From Dipteris shenzhenensis (Eukaryota), in the NCBI GenBank assembly GCA_047967505.1, contig CM106538.1: a DNA stretch of 64,000 nt, one strand, 5' to 3'. Position 1 is the first letter of the stretch; each line of letters opens with the position of its first letter. Below are positions 38,834 through 52,420 of this stretch, one piece after another. The notes beneath the pieces were generated by a model, which ran no database searches, was not told where the DNA came from, and saw nothing but the letters and a program-made list of their open reading frames with translations. The position numbers were made by a program, and so were the translations under genes.

Positions 38834-39820
38834 GACTAGTGTCTCAAGTAACGAGTAAACATCTGCAAGTATTAAAAAACAAACTACTTCAAACTTTCAC
38901 GAACATAGCACTTAAGGGCAAAGAGAGTAAAATTTTTTCCATTTCTAGCCAAACATATCAACCCCAAGCATCAACCTTGGGTTACTACCTTAAGAAATTT
39001 TCTTTATTTGTTAAAAAGAAGCCACTTGATAAACAATCAGGCTAGGTAGTGGATAGAATGCATAGAGCTTGCAATTTCGATTATTTTGCCTTTTTGCAAA
39101 AGAGCAAACCGAGCTAACCATAAAAGTTACGGCTCGAGAAGAGTTTAGGGTTTAACCCTAAACCTAAACCCATTTCCTATAAATACCCACTCCACCCCCT
39201 CATTCTTTATCTTTCACATCTTGCCTCCATCCTCTTCCCCATTCCGAGCCCTACGTAAGACACTCCTCCCTCTCCATCGACCACCACCCTACTCCCATCC
39301 TCACATGGTAAGTTACTTCGGCCCATCTCACAGATAACCTAGCCATCCACCCACCATCCATTGGTCCTCAACAATCCCATTGCATCGAGAAAGACTTAGA
39401 GAGCGTTTAGGTGACCACCTCTTCCTCCCTTTGGATTTTCATCAAAATTTTCCGTCCGTCAAGTTTTATTTTTCTTTTTTCTTTTTCCCCTCCCCCTTCA
39501 CCATTCCTCCCTCCACCACCATCCCCTCCATTTCCCCCCCCCTTTTTTTTCCCCCTCCCTCCATTCTCCCCCCCCTCCTCCATCTCTACCACCCCCCTCC
39601 TCCATCTCCACCACCTCCCCCTCCACCATTCCCCCCCCTTCTCTCTACCCCTCCCATTTCCACCACCTCATTCTTCCCTCCCCCACCCCCCTCCATCTCC
39701 ACCACCCCCTCCCCCCCTCCATCTCCATCACCCCTTTTCTCACCCCCTTCCCTATACCCATCCCATTTCCACCACCTCTTTCTTCCCTCCCCCCACCCCC
39801 CTCCATCTCCACCACCCCCT

Positions 39821-40173
39821 TGTGAAGAGAGTGGGAGAGAAGGAAGGAGTCTCACTTGCAGCTTTCTCACATACACAATTAGGGAATACACACAAAGGTG
39901 GAGGCTGAAAACAGTTTTCCTCTTCTTGGTTGTGAAAGCCAAAAGAACTCCAAGTACAAAAGAATAGGTGAACCCTATATGTGGGTCTCAAACCAAAATC
40001 AGCTAACTAAGGTAGCATACTAACTGAGCCACTAACTAGAGTATATAAAGATAGCTGTCATCCAGCTATTATTCATGGGCAGTGTACCAACCGCATCTGC
40101 AGCTAACAAGTCGGTGACATAAATGCACAATGGTCACCCTAGCATATCACGAGTGGAGCTCGATATCTCAACA
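39821..40173. mobile_element. Solo LTR (353 bp) of another family, inserted in a C-rich tract
   Basis: TG..CA termini (TGTGAAG..TCTCAACA) flanked by 5-bp CCCCT at 39816-39820 and 40174-40178; interrupts a continuous C-rich repeat. Confidence 0.75.
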
Positions 40174-40303
40174 CCCCTCCCCCCCTCCATCTCCACCACC
40201 CCCTTCCACCACCACCCCCCCCCCCCTCCACCACCACCACCACCACCACCCCCTCCCCCTTCCCCCCCCTCCATCTCCACCACCACCCCCTCTACCACTC
40301 CCT

Positions 40304-43300
40304 TCTGAGGGTTGAAGGTCACTATGCCTTTACCCCAGTTATGTACAATACTCAAACACATATATACATGAATGAAAAAGAAGATTAGGGTGTTCTGCAC
40401 CCACCAAAACTTGTGTGGCTCTCTATTTCTCTCTCCCCCTCTTCCATTCTTGCTTCTGTTGGAAGCACTCTCAACTGGTATCAGAGCCCGGTGATTTAAC
40501 TAAGTGTGCATGAATGCCTGGAAGCTCAGCAGCTCTATAGGAGGAAGGAGAAGCTCTGTAGGAAGCTTTGCGGGTGATTTTACTTGCATATGAGTGCGCA
40601 GAGACCTTGAAGGAACCTTTGGAAAGTCATTTTGGTTTTGCGAAGTGGTTTTGAGAGCCTGTTAAGTGTTTTCAAAGAAAAACTCGTTTTTAAAGCTTTT
40701 TCCTATTTCGTTCAATGATAGAGACTCCGTATTGACTTGTAGAGGCAACTATTGCCTGCTTCTGGTGTCCATTTCACTTTAGAAGCTTGGAAACAACTTC
40801 ATTCTTGAATTTGGGATCACTTCATTAGATTTTTGACTCACTATGTCAGTTTCTACGTTTTTTTGCCCGGGTGTTTGAACTCAAGTTTGGAGTAACCATT
40901 TGTAGATTTGTCAGTTCCGGTGGACTCAGGAGGTCCTAAAACTTCTATGTTGCTCATCATTTGTGGTCCCATGTCTACACGATCATTAGGCGGGGCTGAA
41001 TACTATGTGACATTCATTGATGATGCAACTAGGAAAGTGTGGGCATATGCTATAGCTCAGAAGAGTGATGTGTTCCAGGTATTTCAGAAATGGCTGGCCT
41101 TGGTTGAGAATCAGTCAGGTAGAATGCTTAAATGCCTATAGACTAACAATGGTGGAGAGTATCTCTCTCATGAATTTTAGCATTTCTGTGATACACGTGG
41201 GATTAAGAGGGAGCTCACAACCCCTCATACTCTAGAGCAAAATCCAGTTGCAAAAAAGATGAACCAGACCATTCAAGAAAGGTTGCAATGCATGCTTTCC
41301 AATGCAAGTCTTTCTTGTGGTTTTTGGGCTGAGGCAATGAAGACTACAGTGCATGTGATCAATAGATCACCTAGTAAGAGTTTGGATGGTGGTATTCCTG
41401 AAGAGGCATGGAGTGGCAAGAAGCCCTCTTACTCTCATTTGCATATATTTGGGTGTGAGGCATATGCACATGTGCCAAAAGAGCTTCGAAAGAAGCTAGA
41501 CCCTAAGTCTAGGAAATGCATCTTTCTAGGTTATGCTGAAAGTGGAGAGATGGGCTATCGTCTCTGGGATCCAGAAGCAAAGAAGATCATATGCAGCCAT
41601 GATGTAGTCTTCAATGAGAAGAAGATGCATAAGGCACCCATGAGGGATGTGGAAATGAGGAGAATCACTTTCTAGGATGTGAATCCACATGCATATGTTG
41701 ATAGACAGCAAGCTGTCCATGCACCATATGTGCAAGGAATGGTACCACCAAGTACTCCCACAGGTATACAATCAAGGGTAGATGATGGATCATCTATTGG
41801 TGGAAATGATGAGCCAAATGTGGCTGATCTATAGGTGGGATTGCAAGCTTAAATGCCCTTGAGATGATCATCTAGAGTGTCTAGACCGCTTGATAGGTTT
41901 GTTCTAGGGGTAGACTATGTGATGCTTCCTGATTGCGGGGAGCCTTCTTGCTACAAAGAGGCTATGATGCGCAAGGATCAACACAAGTGGGAGTATGCTA
42001 TGCAATCAGAGATGAGCTCACTTATGAAGAATAAGACTTGGGACTTGGTTTCTTTGCCACATGGAAGGAAAGCATTGCCATGTAAATGGGTCTACAAGAT
42101 GAAGGTCACAGGTGATGATGTGCCTAGGTACAAGGCCCATTTGGTTGCTAAAGGGTTCAAGCAAGAGAAGTGTGTGGACTTTGATGAGATATTCTCTCCG
42201 GTTGTGAAGATGACCACACTTAGATGCATGCTTGGACTAGTGGCAGTAGAGGATATGGAGCTTATGCAGATGGATGTCAAGACAACTTTCTTGCATGGGG
42301 ATCTGCATGAGGAAATTTACATGGTGCAGCCGGGAGGCTTTGAAGAAAAGGGCAAAGAGCATTTAGTTTGCGAGCTGAAGAAGAGCCTCTATGGTCTTAA
42401 GCAAGTGCCTAGAGAATGGTATTAGAAGTTTGATGCTTTCATTCGGTCCCAGGGTTTTAGAAGGAGTGAAATTGATCACTGCCTCTAGACTAAAAGGGCT
42501 AAGGATAATAGCCTGATACTCTTGGCACTATATGTGGATGATATGCTATTGGCTAGCAAGAATACTTATGAGCTAGATGCATTAAAGGCCAAGTTGCATG
42601 AGGCCTTTGATATGAAGGATTTGGGACTTGCAGGTCATATTCTTGGTATGCACATCACGTGTGATCGGAGTAGGAAACTCCTTTGGCTTTCATAGAAGGA
42701 GTATGTTACAAAAGTATTGCAGCATTTTAATATGGAGGGGGGAAGGCAGTGAGTACTCCATTGCCTCCATATGTGAAATTGAGTCATACGGATAGTCCCA
42801 AATCAGATGAGGAGAGGGCCATGATGGCCAAGGTTCCTTATGCATCGGCGGTTGGGAGTCTTATGTATGCTATGATAGCTAGTAGACCAAACATTGCATT
42901 TGCAGTGGGAGTTATTAGCCGGTATATGGCTAATCCAGGAAAGAGGCATTGGGAGGCAGTTAAGTCCATCATGAGGTACATGAAGGGTACCAAGGAGATG
43001 TGCATTTGCTTTGGTAGAGGAGACATGCATGTACTTAGATACACAGATTCAGACTATGCAGGGCATGTGGATAGCAGGAGACCCACTTCTGGTAATGTGT
43101 TCAACTTTGCAGGTGGTGCAATGTCGTGGATGTCTCATGCACAGAAGTGCATTGCTTTGTCTATCACAGAGGGTGAGTATGTTGCAGCCACAAAGGGTTG
43201 CAAGGAGGCTATATGGCTTGATCGGCTAGTGGGAGATTTGGGGATTCATACAGGTGTACCGACATTGCATAGTGATTCCATGAGTGTTATTCAACTAGTA

Positions 43301-43712
43301 CGGAATCCGGTCTTTCATGCAAAGACCAAACACATTGAGGTCAGGTACCATTTCATCAGGGAGGTACTTGAGGACAAGTGCATAGAGATTGTCAAGGTTC
43401 ATACAGATGATAACCCTATAGATATGCTAACGAAGAGTCTACCTAGTCAGGGGTTTGAGTATTGTTGTGTATTGATGGGCATAGGATAGTATGCTCATTG
43501 GTTGTTCCCCCTTAAAGGCACACTATCCTTTAAGTGGGAGGTTGTGAGGGTTAAAGGTCACTGTGCCTTTACCTCGGTTATGTACAATACTCAAACACAT
43601 ATATAAATGAATGAAAAAGAAGATTAGGGTGTCCTGCACCCACCAAAACTTGTGTGGCTCTCTGTTTCTCTCTCTCCCTCTTTTGTTCTTGTTTCCATTG
43701 GAAGCACTCTCA
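40304..43712 (+). mobile_element. Ty1/copia copy 5: two LTRs, ~2.5-kb internal deletion (gag, PR, N-terminal INT), non-autonomous
   Basis: LTRs 40304-40473 and 43543-43712 (about 15 differences by eye). TSD TCCCT. PBS at 40476-40487. The UTR joins the INT 'CGP' motif near 40961. Confidence 0.95.
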
Positions 43713-43777
43713 TCCCTCACCCCCTTCACCACCCCCTCCCCCCCCCCCTCCCCCCCTCCCCACCCTCCTCCCCCTCC

Positions 43778-43829
<52 letters not shown>

Positions 43830-43888
43830 CCCCCTCTCTCTCTCTCTCTCTTTTTTTTGCCCCCCTCTCTCTCTCTTTCCCTTTCTCT

Positions 43889-43930
<42 letters not shown>

Positions 43931-43940
43931 CCCCCCTCGC
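43713..43940. repeat. C-rich / (CT)n low-complexity tract
   Basis: Directly visible; continues the tract at 39490-40303. Confidence 0.9.
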
Positions 43941-45196
43941 CGGTCGCTCCCTACACAAAACTAACCTACTAAGCAAGGGCCTTAAGGCTCTTGCTACTAA
44001 GGCATGGCGCTTGCAGTGACACCTGTGTGCAGCGTTAGCCCAGGGCGGTGTAGCGCTCACCCCACTAGCAACGGTGCCCGCCCGGCCCTTAACCCCTCCC
44101 CTCCACCTGCTTCCTCCCTGCTCCTGCCCGCATAGCCTCCCCCCTCCCATGCCCGCGCCCTCTACCTCCCACCCGTCTCCCTCACCTGCCCCTCCACCTC
44201 CCCTCCACCTCCCTCCCCTCCCCTTTGTTCGACCCCCCCTCATCGTTGCTCGCAAACCTGCCCGTCGCTACCAAGCGAAACCCCCCCGACGGCTCGAAAC
44301 ACCCCTCGGCCGCCATCGCGAAATCCCCCCCCTCCCCCCAATAGTTCTCTTTTTTTTTAAAAAAAAATTAACCTAAACCTAACCCTAGGTTAGTTTAACC
44401 TAGGTTAGGTTAGTCTAACTTAGTTAGGTTTACCCTAGGTTAGTTACTAACAGTTAGGTTAGTTACTAACAGTTAGGTTAGTTTAACAAACCTTCAGTTA
44501 GTAACTAACTATAGTTAGTGAACCTAGTTAAGTTAACCTCCTAGTTATAGTAACTGTGGGAGGATATAGGTTAGTTAATCTAACTAGATTTGACTTGGTT
44601 CAAACCCCTTAGTTGGACTTAAAGTCCATTCACACCACCCTTAAGACCCCCCAAAAAGCAAAAATTTACCCTACTTTAACCCCTTGTAACTCATTTGTTT
44701 GGGACCCAAATTGGACTCCGTTTGAACCAAGATTTCACATACTGAAACACCACACTATGGGGTATTTTTCCAGCCCATTGCACACCATTTGGCATCCCTA
44801 ACACTCGCTCATTCATGCCCTCATGTGGGGGCTCATTTCGCATAAATTCGCTCATATCTTCACGCCGTGACCTCCGATTAACGATCCGTCTACACCGGCA
44901 CAGTTCCCTACACACATAGGATAATCTTAGGCACATTATTAACACAACGGTCGCTACACAAACTAACACCACTCTAACCCTCCCAACAAAACGACATCCA
45001 CACCCACACTTGTGGCCGAGACACCCTTTGCAACTCTTGCCCAATTTGCATTCAGCTACATTCCGGCCAATGCCTCTGACTCCAATGCTCACCAAATCCG
45101 TATACAACACTGCTGCAACCACCGCCCTTGGCAATCATCTACCTCGAATCCCCCCTGAGATTCAATCACTCCCTTTAACTCCTCCATGCCCCAACA

Positions 45197-46626
45197 TGGC
45201 TGGACGCCATTGGCGACAATGATGGGGATATCGACCTCGATGCAGAGGCTAACAATTTCTTTAATCAAAGAAATAATAACAATCAAGGCAGACACCCCTT
45301 AGGAAAACAGAAACTTCCCAAATATAATGGTAGGGGAGATCCAGCCCGATTCCTCCAGCATTTTGATGCCGCATGTCGAGCAGGTGGAGATTAATCCCAT
45401 GAAACCAAGGTGGCTTGGTTTCCCATGGCCTTAACTGATGAAGCGTTTGAATGGTACCTAGACCTTCTAGTGGAAGAGCGCGCCACATGGGACCTACTTC
45501 AAATAGAATTCAAGCGACGCTTTCAACTAGAGAGGCTACAAGATGATCCCACTCTCCAACTAAGCAAGATCGAACAAGGTCAGCAAGAAGATGTACGCAC
45601 GTACTTGGGTAAGATGAAAAGATTAATCACCAAATGTGACCCACGCCCAGATGCAAAGTACCTCATTGCATGGTTCATTGTGCAAGACTAAGAAAGAAAA
45701 TCCGAAAGGATATGAAAAAGATTAGCAGCTATGAAATGTTCAGTGCTACTCATGCGGCAGCCATTGACATTGAGGGTGGAATGACCGACTCAGACACTAG
45801 CAGTGTTGATGGCAGATCTAGTATGCGAGATAAGCGCTCAAAAAAGGGCAAATCAAAGTCCACTACTAAAACATCAAATGAAGATCACCTAGAGGCCATG
45901 GCCATGAAGTTGAAAGAAGACATGATGCAGGCCATGGAACAAAAACTTCACTTGTCTCAGCCACCAACTCAGACATATCCACAGCAAGAAAATGTCTGGT
46001 GTCCACATTGCACGGCCAGTCATATAGCAAATGAGTGCCCAGTCCTAAGAGCTAGGATCACTGCACAAGCAAATCCACTGCCAAGGTTGTGGTGCCATAT
46101 CTGCATCGTCGGCAGCCATGATGAAAACAGTTGCATCTTCAACATGCGCAACAATTTGCCTCGACCTCAACAATACCAAGCAGTACCCATGCCAATGTAT
46201 AGGCAACTGGCACTTGCACAAGCACCCCCAGCTCTGAGACTAAATCCTATTTTCATTTGGACACAAGTCCCACAACTACTTAGGAATCCAAATCCACGAC
46301 CATATCCAAGAGCACCAAATCCAGCTCCTCAGGCAGTCCCAATACATCAATTACAAGCCAAGGAAGTAGACTCATCATTTGAGTATGAAACAGAGTACCC
46401 ATCATACTATGTAGAAGGTGTAGAGGGTCTAATACTAGTTTATGCAAATCAAGTACGTCCCAACACATATCGAGCACCAATCAAGTGCTACAGTTGTGGC
46501 GAAAATCACCGGATCACAGAGTGCCCTCATCATGGTAGCTCAGCTACTTTCCAACCCCTCTGTAGAGATTGTGGCATAGGACATGCTTGTATGGATTGTC
46601 CCATGAAAAAGGCCCAAAACAAATAG
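45197..46626 (+). pseudogene. gypsy gag (Retrotrans_gag plus four CCHC knuckles), frameshifted
   Basis: LPKYNGRGDP, WFPMALTDEAFEWY..TWDLLQIEFKRRF, QGQQEDVRTY; knuckles CPHCTASHIANEC, CHICIVGSHDENSC, CYSCGENHRITEC, CRDCGIGHACMDC. Confidence 0.85.
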
Positions 46627-47222
46627 AGGTTAAGCCTGACATCCTAATTGGCATCATTGGGGTGGACCATCAAAGTCTGGGTCCAGCAAGTGTAATATCA
46701 CAACCTATAAATGTAATTACATGCCAACAGAAAGAGGCCACCAAGGACCCTAACATTCCAATCCGACCAAAGCAGCTTCTTTAAAAGAAAGCACAAGTGC
46801 CTCCACCTCCACCAAGCAATGAGCAGCTGAGCACATCGACATCAACTCCTGAGCCTCAAATAAAGGAAGCTCCATACTGAAATGCAGACGTGGAGAAGGC
46901 TCGCTTTCAGGCACTTCAACAATATGTACAAAAGGAACAAGCTCAATTTGAGACTGAGAAACAAGCTTAATTTGAGGCTGAGAAACAAGCTCAAGACCCA
47001 ATCCATGACTTGGCCCCACAGAGTATTGATATTATACTCGAGCCTCTATTCTAACAACAGACTCCACAACATCATGTACTGCCACATCATCTTGAAGGAG
47101 CCGCACTCTCTAGCATCTTGAGTTGCCTTGTGTCAATTCCCATCGGAATCCTCCTATGGAATTGTCCCAATCTCTGAGAGAGTTTCAAAGGATGGATTGA
47201 ACTCGCAAATCCCCCTCCACCT

Positions 47223-50200
47223 ATGAATGACATTGAAGATATCCCTGTGCAGATGGATGAGAGAGATGACATATGCAACATTACTGTGCCTTTGATCCAC
47301 AAGGCATATAATGAAGTCCAAGCCATAGTGGATGGTGGAGCCGGTGTAAATGTCCTATCAAAGGAGCTCTACGAAGAATGGGGTCTCCCACCAATGCAAA
47401 AGGCTAATTTCAACATACATCTTGCCGATGATTCATGGGCTAAACCCTTGGGAATAGTAAATGGCGTGTCTAGAAAGATCGCAGGAGTCTGCTTTTCCCT
47501 TTAATTCACAATCTTGGATCTCCCCAAAAATTCCTATCAAATCTTACTGGGACATCCTTGGTTACGAGAAGCATCAGTCCTCCATGACTAGGGAACTGAT
47601 AGACTGACAATCCAAAATCATGACACCGCAGTCAGGGTGAATGTGGGGATAGGAGCTATAAAACCAATTGTGCCTAAAGCGTTGGATGACACATCTTCAA
47701 TGACCAATCTCAAGCAAATCAACTCCCTTGCAACAGCATGCCATAGCGGGCGATTCACAAAGCAATGTCAATAACTGGATACAAACATTGGCAACCATCG
47801 ACAACTGCCATTCATTAGACCCCATCTTCTCACAGATAGATGCTAAGGTGCTACAGGTAGATCCTCCACTCACACATGAAGAACCAATCGATTTGGAGAT
47901 GCCATTCTTTATGGCTGACCTCGAGTGGGATAATGAACTTGAAGAAGGTACCCATACCAATGATGACTCAAATTTTCCTTGGGACCTTGAAACAGAGGTT
48001 GAGAATGCTGAAATTGAAGATCAAATATTTGATAATGACTTAGCCATTCTGCATGCCCTAATGGCAGTCAAACTCCCAAAAGTTGAACCTCCAAAGTTAA
48101 ATAACGAGCAGAAGATCCCGTAAGAAAGCTGAAGGAGGAAATCGCAGAAAAGCCAAAGCCAAACACTTCAATGAATTCGAACGAGTCCAAACAAGGATCG
48201 TCAAATTGTACCTTGCAAAGCTAGCTCCCTCAAAATCAGAGCCACCACCTCTTGAATGGTTCCCTGAGGGACTGGAAGGAGTATGCTCAGCAAATGAACC
48301 CTTACTTGGAAACACCTTACCAGTGGAAAAGTTACCCCACAATTCCCAACGTAAAAAGTTTCAAAAATATAAGCCACATGTGTGGATGAAGCTCGATCAG
48401 GAGACTTCAAAAAAAGAAAGTCAAAAAGAGCCTAACAAATTGGTAAATGAAACTATGCCACCAAATACACATGGCACATGTCAGGCCAGTTCAACACCAT
48501 CAGAGGCCAATCTTCGAGAAGTGCCAGAATACTTCAAGAATTACACAAGTGGCAATGCACCAATAGCAATGCCAAGACCACTAAGAGAATCTGAAGTTCA
48601 AGGAATAGATAGCTTTGGAGAAACTCCAATCTATGAGGGATCAGCAAAAACATGCACAATAAACCTTGCCCTTGAAGGGGAGGAAGAAAAATTGGATTTC
48701 ATTGAGAAACAACTTCAACAAGAAGATGAAACCAAACTCAAAGCACTCCTAATGGAATACCGTGACCACCTAGCATGGTCATACAAAGAGATGAAAGGAA
48801 TTTTACTAGATGTGGCAGTACACATGATACCTATAAGGGAAGGTGCTCACCCTAAGATATGTGGACCTTATCCCACAAATCCTAAATATGGCACCATGGT
48901 TTATGATGAGCTAGAAAAACTCCTAGATGCCGGATTCATCTACGAGATAGAGCACACTGATTGGGTTTCACCCATCATCATTGTGCCTAAATGCAACAAG
49001 AAGCTCAAAATATGCACGTAAAATTAAAAAAATGTGAATGCTGTCACAATTAGGGATCACTATCCCCTACCCTTAGCAGAAATAGTGTTGGAAAAGTTGG
49101 CAGGCTCCAAAATATATAGCTTCTTGTATGGCTTCAGTGGCTATAACCAAGTGCAAATTGCTCTTAAAGACCAATCAAAAATAGCATTTGCTACAAAATG
49201 GGGTATTTTTGCATGTAGAGTCATGCCATTTGGCCTTTGTAATGCCCCAATCACATTCCAATGAGCCATGTTCATAGCTTTCAAGTCATTTCTAAATAAG
49301 CTTTTACAGGTGTTCTTGGATGATTTGTGCATCCATTCAAACACAAAAGACCACTCCAAATGTCTTGAAGCAATACTAATCAAATGCAGGGAGTATGGCA
49401 TCTCCCTAAATCCAACAAAATGCTAGTTCATGGTCACCCATGGAGTTGTTTTGGGACACCGTCTCTCAACATGGGATTGCAAAACTGACATGGTCAAAAT
49501 CAAAATCATCATGGAATTGCCTCCTCCTACAAATTCCAAAGGTGTACAGGTCTTTATGGGACATGGCGGCTATTATAAAAGATTTATATTGCGGTATGCC
49601 ATGATAGCTAGACCACTTTACAAATTATTAGTGGAATTCTTATGGACCGAAGAGTGCGACCAAGCCTTTGAGCTTTTGAAGTGGTGCCTAATCACAGCAC
49701 CCATCCTTATATCTCCCAATTGGGATATTGATTTTCATGTTCATAATGATGGATCCAAGTATGCAATTGGGAGTGTGCTTTGTCAACCTGGTGAACATAA
49801 GAAAGACTACCCATTCTAGTTTGCCAGTTGACAACTCAATGATGCAAAGATCAACTATACCACCATAGAAAGAGAAGCCCTAGCAATGGTGTACAGTGTA
49901 AAGAAATTTCGGCACTATCTACTACTGGCAAATGATTTTGTCTTCTACACTAACCATCAAGCATTGCTTTATCTTGTGAACCATCTGTGTACAATAGGAA
50001 GAATAACTAGATGGCTCCTTTGCTTCAAGAATTCAACTTCAAAATACTGGTCCACAAAGGTGCCCAACACTACATTGCTGATCACATGTCTCGTGTCAAG
50101 TCAGGAGAAGAAGCCACTAGAGTAGAAGACGACTTACCAGATGCCACACTATTTCAAATAGATGCTGTTCCAGAGTGGTGTGGAGATATCATTGGGTACT

Positions 50201-50740
50201 TGATGGCAGGAAGACCACCCTTTGAAATGAAAGCAGTAGATGCCAAAAAATTGATTCTAAAGGCTGCACCCTATCAACTCATTGCAGGACAACTGTACAA
50301 GATGGGCAAGGACCAGATATTAAGAAGATGTGTAATGCCTCATGAGATCATGCCAATCCTGAGTGAAGTCCATGAAGGCATTGCAAGAGGACACTTCCAA
50401 GGGGAAGCCACAGCAAGAAAAGTTCTCCTCACAGGCTACTGGTGGCCAACACTGTGGGCAGATGCCTATGAATATGTAAAAGCATGTGATGTATGCCAAC
50501 AGACTACTAAACCACAACACAAAGAATTCAATCCCCTAAGAATAGTTGTTGCACAAAAACCATTTGAAAAATGGGGGATTGACTATGTGGGTCCCATACA
50601 TCCAGCAGCAAAAGGAACATAGGCACGCTACATCATTGTGGCCACTGATTACTTTACAAAATGGGCTGAAGCTAAAGCAGTCAGAAAGGCAGATGCCAGA
50701 AGCACAGCAAGATTCCTATACAAAAATGTAATCACCTAAT
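47223..50740 (+). pseudogene. gypsy pol: PR, RT, RNase H and a truncated integrase
   Basis: AIVDGGAGVNVL (PR); WVSPIIIVPK, MPFGLCNAP, VFLDD near 49310 (RT); FHVHNDGSKYAIG (RNase H); HEG..GH..CDVCQ and WGIDYVGP (INT), which stops near 50740. Confidence 0.9.
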
Positions 50741-50746
50741 TCAGCA

Positions 50747-52420
50747 TTGGAAGACAACATCAATGAAGCCCCACTACAATGCACAATGGTGGTGTACCAA
50801 GAGCTTGTGGCTGCTCTACAAGTGGAATATCACCTCAACGCACGTGTGCTTATCCAATGGAAGCAACTCCAAATCAGGATCATATCTGCTCATCCAACAA
50901 TCAAATGGGGACATTCCATCAAGACTAGAACCCTATGCATAATTTGCCAAGACTTGTCTGAAGATGAGAAAAATATCTTCTACCTATCTACACATGTCGG
51001 GTTAATAGCACTCAGGACGGATGCTTTCATTGCATATGTATGCCTCATGGGTAGTCCTCCCCTCAGGATTATTGCAAGTTTGTTGCCATTGCTACAAAGG
51101 CCATCACTATTATTTGCAAGGCACGACATAATTGGCATCCCACCCATACAACTGATGATCCCATTGCACCAGCAAAAAGAAGTGTTGGAAGATGACAAGG
51201 CCTATCTCACATCCAACTTCCATATCTAACCACTCTTTCTGCCAACATCATAACCTCACTTACCCTTGCTACTGCTACCACCCTCTTAACCTTCCTTGAG
51301 CTCCATCCTAACATCTATTCCATCCATCGTCTCTTTGCTTATGCCTCTCACCACTTTCAACTAAGCCAACAGTCACAAACTGACGAGCCCCTCACACCTA
51401 GCTTCTTCCACTTCCTTGCTAATCCTACCCTTGAGGATTACCAAGCTGCCCAAACCATTTGCCCAATTCTTCCCCCCCTCCCCTCTGCTCCCCCTTTTGC
51501 AACTAACACTCTTCCATATTTCTCCCCCATGTCCCTAGATTCTCTCCCTGCCCTGTTATCACCTCCGACACTACTTGTGCTTCCATCAGTAGAAAATGAC
51601 ACACTATTTGATTTTGAATATTAGGATTCGGATAATCCAATTCGTACTCCCATGCCAAAATTTTGATGAGATTCACTTCCCAGTAACCCCATTAAGAAAA
51701 TTTGGAGCAAATATCCTAATATGAAATTTCGAGGTGGATGGCAACTTTCCTACCAACCTTCATCACCATCAAATTAGTGAAGGTTGGATTAGCAAGTTGG
51801 ATCCACAACCTAATTGGCACTGCCCCAAGCTCTTTGATGTAATCTTCTTGAAGGAGCACCTACATGCACCTCCATGTCTCAGAACCCATCCCAAGTTCTA
51901 TGCAGTTCCACGGCATAAAAAATGGGAAGCCAACATACACACGTTGGATGAAGATCGAACCATTAATTGGCCAATGATCGAACCATACTCTGGTGTAGAA
52001 TGGAATATTCAAGGCACAATGGTCTGAGCACTTCAGTAGCATGAGAAAATAATGCGCGGCAACATTGATCGCTTCCTTCCCCTAAGTGCTATATTCTATA
52101 AAACATTGGAATTCATTCTAGAGGTCCCATGTTATCTCGATTTCCATTTGCCTCCACTCAATTTCAATCCCAATGAATGGGTCGATGCTCAGATTACAAG
52201 CTGACTCTATCAAAGAGTGATCTTCTTAGAAGCACGCCACATATCTCTGTTTGAGCAAATGGTGGATACAGGCTACCTAGAAACTGAGCAAAAATTGTAT
52301 GGTGCCAAGGCTTTATAGCAATAGGATCAACTAGCACAACACAAGTTTCACAGCCATTGGACTAAAGGCATGGCAATCCAGGTTCGTGCTCGCAATAAGC
52401 CATAACTCGAGGACGGGTAA
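50747..52420 (+). pseudogene. Decayed extra ORF(s) between gypsy integrase and 3' LTR, function unknown
   Basis: ORF 50747..51229 (CIICQD.. Cys-rich) and ORF 51734..52027, which reads on through stops to about 52400. Confidence 0.45.

Noticed and set aside
38039-44376. Pro-, Gly- or Glu-rich ORFs resembling extensins
   Set aside because: They are translations of C-rich and CT low-complexity tracts, open in several frames on both strands.
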